A DNA stretch of 62,045 nucleotides, the filler included, from Stramenopiles sp. TOSAG23-3 (taxonomy: Eukaryota), in the NCBI GenBank assembly GCA_900128585.1. It is 20 parts of 20 records of this genome, joined end to end, with 100 filler letters (N's around TTAATTAATTAA, not from the genome) between each part and the next. Parts side by side here need not be neighbours in the genome. Positions count along the whole stretch, not along the records: positions 21,822 to 24,834 come from LT644467.1; positions 24,935 to 27,946 come from LT644468.1; positions 28,047 to 31,058 come from LT644469.1; positions 31,159 to 34,165 come from LT644470.1; 16 more parts are not named here. The stretch is one strand, 5' to 3'. The notes under the pieces are model-generated. The model searched no databases and was not told the origin of the DNA. It saw nothing but the letters and a program-made list of their open reading frames with translations. Shown here one piece after another: positions 22,216-31,467 of the stretch (position 1 is its first letter; each line of letters opens with the position of its first letter). The position numbers and the translations under genes are program-made.

Positions 22216-22565
22216 TTTAATATTAATAATAAATCAATATCTTAAAAAAATAGAAAATATAAGGAGGCACTAGGGGACGATCAGTATTATTATTATATTA
22301 CAATATTATATATATCAGTCACACAACACACAACAGACGAATAAGTAAAATCATCCATACCACCACTCTGGTACTTTATTTTTTTTTATGAAGAAAAAAT
22401 GTAACGACATTATGTGCATACAGAATTTAATGATAATTAATGAACAAGATATTTTATCATTAAATCAAGGACACGAATATACAGACTACGTGTTTAAAAT
22501 ATATTAGATAGAATTTAATTCATAGGACGACCAGTTCTTTACATTCGCAACCCTTTTTGTTTGTG

Positions 22566-24359
22566 ATGCCCAGCGTTTCTGTAGTGCCTGAGGCGAAGTG
22601 CCCCCAAAAGACGAGCGGGAGCGCCCCAAAAACGGACTCCGCGAACGATGTTGAATATAATTTCTTTTATGAAACGGTGCCTGATAAAAATGTGCTGGAA
22701 CCGTTGAAGAGGAAAGCCAAGTATCTTATCGAGCAACGGCCGAGGCACAGCAAGACTGATTTTTCCACGTACGTTTCTATAAACTTGGTAATCAATCGGA
22801 TCCGATCGGTCGATTCAAAACGGGGCTGCGTGGACATGCGGTTTATCATTACGTGCCAATGGAGACTTGATTTTGACTATTTCACGACAAAGAGCGTTTT
22901 TCAAACCGAGTGCAACCCTCCGGTTACTGGGAGGGAGTATTACAAAACGACAGTGGTCGACACGGAGAAGATTTGGTGCCCGCCCATAGAAGTCTTGAAC
23001 CGCGATGACTTGACGATTGTAAAAGACCCGACCTTGCTCTTCCTCGACAAGGGCTATGCACGATGTTTGTACCATTGCAACGGTACGCTCTCGCAAGAAA
23101 TGAACCTAAAATTATTTCCATTCGACTTTGAAGTCATTCCAATACGTGTGATCGGAAGCATTGGAACGCAAGAGAGGGAGGTCAAGCTGTTTTGGAGAGA
23201 AGAGAGAAAACTGAAACACATTTTAACGGACAGGGTCATCGAAGAGCTCACTGAGTTCCAGATTATTTACAACAACATTTTTGTGGAGCGAATGAACTCA
23301 GAATGGAGCGAACGGACGTTTGAGTATTTGCAGAATCGGAAAATATGTGGAGAACACAACGGCCTGGAAATCTCCATACCCATCCAGCGCCAGTACGGGT
23401 TTTACATGAAAAAGATCATGCTTATCTTAACAATGCTCTGCAGCATAGGGTGGACGATCTTCTACTTGGACGAATTTGTGAACCGGTTAGAAATTCAAAC
23501 CTCGCTCTTTCTTGCGGGCATTGCGTTTCTCTACATTGTGAACGAATCTATCCCGAAACTGTCGTACTTGACTTCCATTGACTGGATGATTCTTAGCTGT
23601 TTCCTCAACCTGTTCTTAGGGATCCTGGTATCGTTTATCATATATTGGCTGATGCGGAAAAGGATCCATGACGACTACTTGTCGACCGCGTACTGGGTCA
23701 ACGAAATAGGATTCTACGCGTTGCCTTCGTCGTTCATAATTTTTACGTACGGCCAAATGCTGTTCTCCATCGTTCAAAGAGAAAAGCAGAAAAAGCAGCA
23801 GTGGGGTAAGATAGGACTCTACGACAAGAATAATTCTCACGAACACTTCCCAGACGGCGTAATGGGAAACATCATTCGGCAGACCCTCGATAACAAGGAC
23901 ATTGTCCAGGCCGCCCAGTACCAATGGACGAAGGAAGGAATCGCCGCGATGAAGCGCAGTGAACAGAAGGGGGTATCGGTAAACTCTATTGTAAACCGGA
24001 AGCAGAGGGGTAGGATTATCGCCCTTGGTCAAACTGTAAAGGCGTACATTAGCAAAGGCTTCATCAAAGAAAAAATAAATGCACGGACAGCCAGCAGGAA
24101 GAAGCAAAAGACTTTTCTACGGGGCGACTCCAACCTTCGCCAACTGTACGATTTCGTGAGCAAACTTTGCGGAGGGGACGATGATACCGACACCATCAAA
24201 GGTGTTGAACAGGCTGACGTAAAGCTTGCGGCGTATATTCTGAAATCGAACGGATACGACGAGACTGCTTTCCGGAGGGAAATCAAGCACATCGATTGGA
24301 ACGACTACCCAAACTTTCCAGTCCGAGTGAAGCAGAGGTTAAAGTTGAAGTTGTTGTAA
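22566..24359 (+). CDS. Pentameric ligand-gated ion channel, Cys-less (Pro-loop) type
   Basis: IWCPPIEVLN, MNLKLFPFD, I.IQRQYGFY, four TM helices, M2 RLEIQTSLFLAGIAF, M2-M3 loop IPKLSYLTSIDW. Confidence 0.9.
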   Translation: MPSVSVVPEAKCPQKTSGSAPKTDSANDVEYNFFYETVPDKNVLEPLKRKAKYLIEQRPRHSKTDFSTYVSINLVINRIRSVDSKRGCVDMRFIITCQWRLDFDYFTTKSVFQTECNPPVTGREYYKTTVVDTEKIWCPPIEVLNRDDLTIVKDPTLLFLDKGYARCLYHCNGTLSQEMNLKLFPFDFEVIPIRVIGSIGTQEREVKLFWREERKLKHILTDRVIEELTEFQIIYNNIFVERMNSEWSERTFEYLQNRKICGEHNGLEISIPIQRQYGFYMKKIMLILTMLCSIGWTIFYLDEFVNRLEIQTSLFLAGIAFLYIVNESIPKLSYLTSIDWMILSCFLNLFLGILVSFIIYWLMRKRIHDDYLSTAYWVNEIGFYALPSSFIIFTYGQMLFSIVQREKQKKQQWGKIGLYDKNNSHEHFPDGVMGNIIRQTLDNKDIVQAAQYQWTKEGIAAMKRSEQKGVSVNSIVNRKQRGRIIALGQTVKAYISKGFIKEKINARTASRKKQKTFLRGDSNLRQLYDFVSKLCGGDDDTDTIKGVEQADVKLAAYILKSNGYDETAFRREIKHIDWNDYPNFPVRVKQRLKLKLL

Positions 24360-25178
24360 ACGTTTGCCGTACGTTTAAAGAAGAGAATACTCTTATGATT
24401 TTAATTCTTATGTATTATTATATTTTAGGAAAAAGGTTTACTTCGTTCTCCTCTATATATACTTAGTAAAATTTAAAATTAAAAACATTTTAAGAACTTC
24501 TTGTTAATTCTTAAGAATTTTATGAATAATTTCGGTGTTTTTCTTATATTTGGTTGGGCAGCTGTTTACATTTTAATTGTTTGATTACAGACTTTAGTGT
24601 TCATGCCCTGAACATTGCATGATCGGCCGCGAGAAAAGGCATAAAGCACGCTGCTGGTCTTCCTTACATCGATTTGCGGATAGCCTCCAACGCCATGATC
24701 GTGAAAAACATTGTTACCAGGTAAACGGGGATATCTTCCGTTTCAATCATTTTCTTCGTTTTTTTCTTGTGTTAAATATGGACGTAAGACCGACCGTCTT
24801 CTTCTTGTTCAGTGTTTTGTATTGTTGTTTACAANNNNNNNNNNNNNNNNNNNNNNNNNNNNNNNNNNNNNNNNNNNNTTAATTAATTAANNNNNNNNNN
24901 NNNNNNNNNNNNNNNNNNNNNNNNNNNNNNNNNNAATCATTTTTTTTTAAAGTGGAGTCCATGAACTATCCGGAGCGGTATCTGAATTGGCAGTGCTTGC
25001 AGATGAACCGTAAAATCTTTAAAAAGAAAGTACCAGATACACAGACACAATCATTTTAAATTGAAGATGTAATAAAAACTCAACGAAGCACGAGGGGAAA
25101 CAAAGAAACGCTCGGAAGGACTACTGTTTGCCCTTCCTATTTCAAAATGTTTCGGTAAAGTCTTGTTCGGCAGAATCA

Positions 25179-26162
25179 TCATGAATTTCCTCCCCTTTTG
25201 GCATCAACGACGTGATGAGCGAAGACATCTGTGCTCGAAAACATGGCTGTGATCATATCGTCGTCAATGAAGTTGGATAAGCCTTCCCTGTTCTCTCCGC
25301 TGCTCAACTCGATCTTCTCTTTTGTTCTGGCGGCCAACACGTATAAGCACACTGTCCATAACAATGTCACAATCGCGGGAGCGTTAATGACAAAGGCCTT
25401 TCTAAGAGTCTCTGGGTAGTGCTCCTGGCCTACGCTAAGAGCCCGTGAAAACATACGTAACCCGGCTATGGCCCCGCTTAACCTCCAAAATGAAACGTCT
25501 TTAAAATCAAATACTTCAATGCCTTTCGGCATCATCCCTTTTAACCCATTGCGTTCGTGCCCAACTCTCTGCAAACTTATAGCAGTTTCCATCCACCACA
25601 AGTAAAATACTTTCAAGCGTTCTTCTCCTACATTCTCTCCCATCAGATACGAAGGTCGCAGTAAAGACACCCTGTGGTATTGGACGGGGCACCCCCCAGC
25701 GGTTAATCCAAAAAATGTTGCTGTCCAGTACTCCCGAATTGCCGTGAGCAAACGCAGTCGTTCTCTTTCAGGGCTTAAAATTTTATTTACGCCATGATTG
25801 ATGCGAAACAAGAACGTGTCTGTTATCATCCTTTTTCCTTGCTTAACGTTCCCGTCTCGGGCGGTAAGAAACCTCGAGAGGGCGGTCTGCTTGTTCCCAT
25901 ACGCTAGAAAAAAGTCTTCCCACTCTCGTTCCTGTCCAGAGCTGTCGATGTAACGTTCCATAGTATTTACAAAATCTTTGTACTGTTCGTCACTAAAGTA
26001 ACCTGCGGATAATGAACTTTGACTTTCCACCGGGCCCTCTTTGCTTCCTAAGATCAGGATATTCTTAGCAGTGGCGACGTTGCCCGGAAAGTTGCATGGT
26101 AAGAGTGACGGCCGGATCTTTGCTTCTTCCGGCGAAGCGGAAGCTGCCGCCAGCGTTGCCAT
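25179..26162 (-). CDS. CRAL-TRIO (Sec14-like) lipid-binding protein
   Basis: LSRFLTARDGNV, GCPVQY, VFDFKDV, QEHYPETLRKAFVINAP, RTKEKI. Confidence 0.88.
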   Translation of the reverse strand: MATLAAASASPEEAKIRPSLLPCNFPGNVATAKNILILGSKEGPVESQSSLSAGYFSDEQYKDFVNTMERYIDSSGQEREWEDFFLAYGNKQTALSRFLTARDGNVKQGKRMITDTFLFRINHGVNKILSPERERLRLLTAIREYWTATFFGLTAGGCPVQYHRVSLLRPSYLMGENVGEERLKVFYLWWMETAISLQRVGHERNGLKGMMPKGIEVFDFKDVSFWRLSGAIAGLRMFSRALSVGQEHYPETLRKAFVINAPAIVTLLWTVCLYVLAARTKEKIELSSGENREGLSNFIDDDMITAMFSSTDVFAHHVVDAKRGGNS

Positions 26163-26363
26163 TTTACAAAGAGTTGTTTTCGGTTAAGCGCTGCAAGCGG
26201 TGAACGGTTAACCGTGAAGGGTTACGCTAGTTTCAGTTGGCACACTATTTTCGTACATTGGAAGCATTACCGTTTCTGTGCTCAATCGCTCGAATTGAGA
26301 GCAGACGATCAAAAAGTGGTGGTGGTGGTATATTAGCAGTGTAACAGGTGAACACAGGTGCCT

Positions 26364-26725
26364 CTAATTAGATCCGAAAATCGGTGAAGTGGTGGTATGC
26401 TATTGCCTGTACGTTTTCACTAGGCGCAAATGTCCAGGCACAGAGGACCGAATAACTTTTTTTGGGGGGCATTTTCTGCTATACGGATGTATATAGGTAA
26501 ATATTACAAGTACAACACGCGTTGATCGCAAAAACTTTTAATATTGTATACTTATAAAAGTTACCTATATATAGTTTGTATAGTAAGAAAATAATACCCC
26601 TGCCTGTGTCACGCTAGCACTTTCTACAAAAAACGTTAGTCGGTGCTCTGTGCCTGGACATGCGCCTTGTGAAAAAGTACAGGCAATAGCAGACCGCCAC
26701 TTCACCAATTTTCGGATCTAATTAG
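26364..26725. mobile_element. 362-bp foldback/MITE-like element (near-complete palindrome)
   Basis: 26364-26463 is the reverse complement of 26628-26725 at about 90% identity; pairing continues inward (26464-26515 vs 26543-26600); palindromic CTAATTAG at both ends. Confidence 0.8.
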
Positions 26726-26753
26726 GGTAAGATAAAGAACCAGATGCGAGAGC

Positions 26754-27075
26754 ATGCAGGCTCTTTATAATTATCGCTATTACATGATCCCAGAGTACAC
26801 TAAACGAGGTATGGTACATGCTCATGGTGTTATAATGTTCACCTCCGACACATACGACGGCTATTAGTATGAAGCGCGAGGGGTAAGAAAAATGTCAATA
26901 AAGTTAGCTAGAAACATACAGTCGACTAGACACAATGATATCTATAATCCTTACATGCCTACAGAAACAAGCAAGCCAGTTAGAAAACACTTAACCTTCA
27001 GACATTGGATAAGACAAATACTGTCATAAAGGAGACACAAGGAAAAGATTAGGTCACGCCAACCTTATGGAATAA
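26754..27075 (+). pseudogene. rep: Decayed HUH rolling-circle replication initiator (Rep), endonuclease domain only
   Basis: Manual translation: MQALYNYRYYMIPEYTKRGMVHAHGVIMF (motif II HAH at 26817-26825), in-frame TAG at 26865, then ...TFRHWI, +1 frameshift near 27012, DKYCHKGD (motif III YxxK at 27019-27030), TAA at 27073-27075. Confidence 0.75.
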
Positions 27076-27122
27076 TAAAATAAAATACAAATACAATTAA
27101 TTTATATAGATTAATTATATAT

Positions 27123-27572
27123 ATGCCCCGACGTAGATCAGGAACAACAAAAAGACGTAGACCACGTAAACGTGGCATGAAACGTTCAATGAAAACAAAT
27201 TACAAGGTACCTCTTGCACTGAAACAACATCAATTTTGCGAACGAGCAAATGCAGAACAAATTACTATAGGAAATGTATCAGGTACACTAGCTGCACCGT
27301 ATTACACAAGAATCTTCAAATTTAAAGACCTTAAACAATGTGATCAATATTCATCAATATTCGACCAATATCGCTTAGATAAAGTCATAGCTACTTTTAG
27401 ATATAAAGGAATTGCGGTACCTGCACTACAATCAGCTGGCGCAGCTGGAACAGGCTTCGTCAATGACCTTAACCTAATGATCTATTTCAAAGTAGACCAT
27501 ACTGATGTACAGGCTAACACACATAATGTAATGAAACTATCATCAAAAACAAGAACACACATGTTGACATAA
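27123..27572 (+). CDS. cap: CRESS-DNA/circovirus-like capsid protein, probably C-terminally truncated (endogenous viral element)
   Basis: Arg-rich N-terminal arm MPRRRSGTTKRRRPRKR; FKFKDL...YSSIFDQYRLDKVIATF matches the F(D/E)xYRI jelly-roll motif; A/T-ending codons unlike host genes. Confidence 0.8.
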   Translation: MPRRRSGTTKRRRPRKRGMKRSMKTNYKVPLALKQHQFCERANAEQITIGNVSGTLAAPYYTRIFKFKDLKQCDQYSSIFDQYRLDKVIATFRYKGIAVPALQSAGAAGTGFVNDLNLMIYFKVDHTDVQANTHNVMKLSSKTRTHMLT

Positions 27573-27722
27573 TAGAAAGAAAGTATACTCATGTTTTAGA
27601 ATTATAATAAAAAGAAGAATGAGATGAGAGAGAGAGTAAGTTATAATACGTTAGAGAGAGGTGTGGAACTGGTTTTTTTAATTTATAAATTCTTCCATTT
27701 TATTCCAGTATAATTTATAGTA

Positions 27723-27788
27723 AATTGGAATCTTGACCAGAACTTGGGGAGGATCTGCAATACTGCAATAGGAGGAGATATTGTTCTT
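27723..27788 (+). repeat. Copy of the dispersed repeat seen at 2695-2877
   Basis: aattggaatcttgaccagaacttggggaggatctgc...ataggaggagatattgttctt aligns with 2820-2877. Confidence 0.8.
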
Positions 27789-28150
27789 TTTTCTTGTTTT
27801 TAATTTATTATAGTAATACTTGAAGTCTTTAATAATTTTTAATAAAAAAAATAAGAAAATTGGCTGTTGTTATTTAAGTAATTAAAATTAATGTACTGCG
27901 AACTGAAATCTAGATTTAGACATTCTAGGTTTACATTCCTTCATGANNNNNNNNNNNNNNNNNNNNNNNNNNNNNNNNNNNNNNNNNNNNTTAATTAATT
28001 AANNNNNNNNNNNNNNNNNNNNNNNNNNNNNNNNNNNNNNNNNNNNAAAGTTACTTCGTATAGGACTATATCATGCTGTTACTTTTTACGACTAAAATTA
28101 CTTTTATGCACTATGCGGGAAACAGTTTCGGCCCGCCCGCAGCCACGGGC

Positions 28151-29182
28151 TCAATCGTCCTCTGTCAATGTCGTGGGAGTGTACAATGGGCCACTGGGGG
28201 GAAGCGGCTTTTCGTTAGCAAGGGCAGTGGTGGTCTCGCTTCTCACTTTTGCACCGTCAATGTCCTTTAAGGACAACTTTCCCGACCCCCGGCAATCGGC
28301 CTTTGGCTGCGACGGGTCCGGGGACCAGCCAATCATGTATATGATTTGGAACGTTGCTGGGACACTTCCATCTTCGTTACCATACAGCGACTGGTATACA
28401 GAGGCAGCGGCCAGCATGGTGTCCCTGCTGACGTGTTCTCGTCGGGTCAGGACGGCATTGTTTTCCCCCATGCCTTGAAGGTGCTCCATCAGAACGAACG
28501 CATCGGGGTATTCGATCGTGATAATGTCCGTGTCAATGGTCGGAATAGCAAACCCGGCAGTTTGCATGAGCTGTCCGATATCGCCCACATGGGCCATCGG
28601 GGAGACGTGGGTCGAGACGCCGCCTTCCCGCTCTTGCTCTGCAAGCAGCAGTGAGCTCCGCAGCTCTTTCAGGGTCTCACCCCCTAGTATGGAACCTACA
28701 AAAACGCCGTCTGGCCTTAAACATCTATTTATCTCTTTCAACGCCCCGGGCAAATCGTTCACCCAGTGCAAGTTCAACGACGAGATCGCCAAATCGAACG
28801 AACCACTGTCAAATGGCAAGCTGATCTCTTCGTCGGCCTGTACATACTCCGTCGCTATGGCGTCGGGGGACTCGGCGGTTCCGTTTCGCTGCTTTCCCAA
28901 GTCGAGCATCTTTTCTGAAATGTCGCACTGGACGAGTTTCTCAATCTCGTAGACGTTTTTGTACTCGTTCAACGACCGGTAGACGTGGCCGGAAAACGAC
29001 CCTACGTCTAGGGCAGACCCAAACTTCCTGTTGATAAAATCCAGCCTAGACACAAGCCGGTCCGCAACTTCATCCCTTAGATAGTCAAAGTCCCTCCCAT
29101 CGTTCAGGCGGACGGTGGCCGCAGCGTCCCGCTGCAACCTTTTCAAGGAGCGGTTGAAAACCCGCATCGCTTTGGTAGACAT
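28151..29182 (-). CDS. NDUFAF5: NADH dehydrogenase complex I assembly factor 5 (SAM-dependent arginine hydroxylase); true start may be upstream at 29275
   Basis: VFNRSLKRLQRD, DYLRDEVA, ADEE, LHWVNDLPG, ELRSSLLLAEQEREGGVSTHVSP, LQGMGENNA, VPATFQIIYMIGW. Confidence 0.93.
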   Translation of the reverse strand: MSTKAMRVFNRSLKRLQRDAAATVRLNDGRDFDYLRDEVADRLVSRLDFINRKFGSALDVGSFSGHVYRSLNEYKNVYEIEKLVQCDISEKMLDLGKQRNGTAESPDAIATEYVQADEEISLPFDSGSFDLAISSLNLHWVNDLPGALKEINRCLRPDGVFVGSILGGETLKELRSSLLLAEQEREGGVSTHVSPMAHVGDIGQLMQTAGFAIPTIDTDIITIEYPDAFVLMEHLQGMGENNAVLTRREHVSRDTMLAAASVYQSLYGNEDGSVPATFQIIYMIGWSPDPSQPKADCRGSGKLSLKDIDGAKVRSETTTALANEKPLPPSGPLYTPTTLTEDD

Positions 29183-29973
29183 CGCCCCCAACAAAAAAGG
29201 TTTCCAACTCTGGATTGCGTTTCAGTTCGAACAAATGCGTATAATACTTTTGAGCGAACGTTTTACGGTCTCCATTCTTCCACTTTTAAAGAGTATGTTC
29301 TACGATAATTTTTCTTCTTCTTAGAGAGTAGTGTCCGTCTGATGGATATTTGCTTTAAAATTCAACAGAAGAATGAATTGGTGGATGTTCGTTGTTGTTC
29401 TCGTCTCACATTCTTCCTTTTCTTCGAACAGAAAAAAATGTTCTCTTCTTCTTCTTCTTTTTTCGTTTTTTATGATAGGAAAATTATTATTAACAATACT
29501 GTTATGGATTTATTAAGTATATATAATCCAACACCATCGATCGACCATCGGAGACATTTCGACCTGGTCGTGGTTATGTCGCAGTGGTTGGAAAACCATT
29601 ATTATTGGCAAAGTTTATTACCTTTTAATTAATATTTATTATTATTGTCAAAATTATATATAGAGTCCTTAATTTATTATTATTATTGTCTCGTTGGTTT
29701 GAAAATGACCACCATGGCCGAGCATTTTGTACGCGTAGATACAGTACTTCGTGTGTATTTTTTTTTTCATGGTCTGTTTTTTTTTACTATGGACGTTGGG
29801 GAGAGGAGCTTTTTAAGGCTATAACTGTTCGGCGAACCTGCTCGGGCCGCGAACATTTTTTTGTTTTTTTGTTTTGTTTTTGTGCTGCGTCCAGGAACTA
29901 CAAACGTTGCGGGGTCATTTTCAATGCAGTATCTTCCCAAATTTCAACACATTTTGTTGCCCGCCGTGAACAA

Positions 29974-30810
29974 TTATTCCACCCCTTCAAACTTCGATTG
30001 TAACTTTTCAAGGTGTAGAACTCGATGAACCAACTCCTTGTTTTGTTGTGAGAGTGCCTGCACAGCGCCTATTAGATGTGCTAATAATGCATGCACGTCC
30101 AAGCCTTTCATATTTTCAAGACTTTCAAGAATTATGCCACCATTCTTGTACGACCCAGATCGCTCAGCGAGTGTCAGCGAGACACCCGAACTGACCGCGT
30201 CAGGGATTACCGTTTCCACTTGTTGGGCCAATAGACCTACCCCAGCTGATGTTAAACTTTGATTTTGACACTGTGTCTCAGTCTGGCCTTGATGCCTGCA
30301 GTAGTTCTTTGAGAGTCTGCGGTGGACAACACGAATTTGCTCGACGTTCTCAAGCAAGGCCTTTGTGGAAGCGTCTGTCACATTTTGAGCAAGCCTTGCA
30401 TCCGCACCAAAGAGCTTTACATTTCTAGCATGGACATTACCGCTCACTCCAAGGGCTTCAGATTCCGTGTTATTAATATTAAACCCCATAGCAACACAAG
30501 CTTGCCATTCGGAAGGCTCGGTCGCACCACAGTTTGCTATTGTGCTATACCCCATAGCAGTCCCAAAATCTCCTGTCGCTGTTGTATTGGACCCAAGCGC
30601 TGTCGTGATAGATCCAGACGCAACAGTGTCGAAACCAAGCGCCACAGAATTGAGACCAGACGCTTTAGTTGCATAGCCCAAGGCAACTGCCGCACCTCCG
30701 GGCGCACTTGTACCTTCACAGGAAATGGTTTTACAACTCGTTTCATGAGCACGAACCACCTGGCTCCTCGTAGAGCATAATGTAAGTACTATTATAAAAA
30801 CAAGATCCAT
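29974..30810 (-). CDS. Secreted protein with YadA-head/Hep-Hag-like repeats and C-terminal peptidase S74 (intramolecular chaperone)-like domain plus coiled coil
   Basis: Hydrophobic N-terminus MDLVFIIVLTLCS; 14-aa repeats AVALG/SVALG/TTALG/GTAMG; DARL.QNV, GLLAQQVETVIPDAV, GLDVHALLAHLIGAVQAL. Confidence 0.8.
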   Translation of the reverse strand: MDLVFIIVLTLCSTRSQVVRAHETSCKTISCEGTSAPGGAAVALGYATKASGLNSVALGFDTVASGSITTALGSNTTATGDFGTAMGYSTIANCGATEPSEWQACVAMGFNINNTESEALGVSGNVHARNVKLFGADARLAQNVTDASTKALLENVEQIRVVHRRLSKNYCRHQGQTETQCQNQSLTSAGVGLLAQQVETVIPDAVSSGVSLTLAERSGSYKNGGIILESLENMKGLDVHALLAHLIGAVQALSQQNKELVHRVLHLEKLQSKFEGVE

Positions 30811-31467
30811 CGTCAAAAACGTATTAACAGGGTGTTTGAAAATATACATACACTTTCAACTTCGTCGCTGCAGAGCGATCCTACTACTTTGTTGAAGATT
30901 GTCCAGGCTTACGCCGAGGCGGTGTCTAAGGGTGAGCTGAAAGACAAGCTGGAACGTGCCAACGATGTGTTTGTTTTTTGTTGTTGTTTGTTTGTTTGGC
31001 CAGAAGAAGCCAATTTAATTAATTAGTCCTCCTCGTATTCTCGTATTATTACAAAATCNNNNNNNNNNNNNNNNNNNNNNNNNNNNNNNNNNNNNNNNNN
31101 NNTTAATTAATTAANNNNNNNNNNNNNNNNNNNNNNNNNNNNNNNNNNNNNNNNNNNNAAAAAAAAAAAAAAAAAAAACAAAAAAAACAACAAGAAAAAG
31201 TTGTGCACGTGAGTGTTTTGAAAAACTTCTAAGCGGTGCTGAATCGATTGTATATGTCAGCTACTGTGATTGAAGGACGTGTTTTTTTATTATTCCTTCT
31301 ATTTCAGTGGTTGTGATTGCTGGGCGTTTGGTTGTTCTTCGGTTAGTGAGTGAGTGGCCTTCGACGACAGTGCGTTCGTTTGTATGCAACATAATCGTCT
31401 TTCGGTACAGTGGTGTATATTTTTTCTTTGAGTCAGACCGTTGTTCTGCCAAAAATTTAGCTCTCGA

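Noticed and set aside
26499..26507. AAATATTAC as a CRESS nonanucleotide origin (NANTATTAC)
   Set aside because: Lies in the paired arm of the palindrome, not in a small stem-loop apex, and is easily matched by chance in AT-rich DNA
22566..30810. pLGIC, viral element and S74 fibre gene forming one island
   Set aside because: They lie on three separate contigs; proximity is an artefact of concatenation
30859..30968. Coding-like fragment SLQSDPTTLLKIVQAYAEAVSKGELKDKLERAND just upstream of the S74 gene
   Set aside because: Too short, no ATG start or identifiable homology
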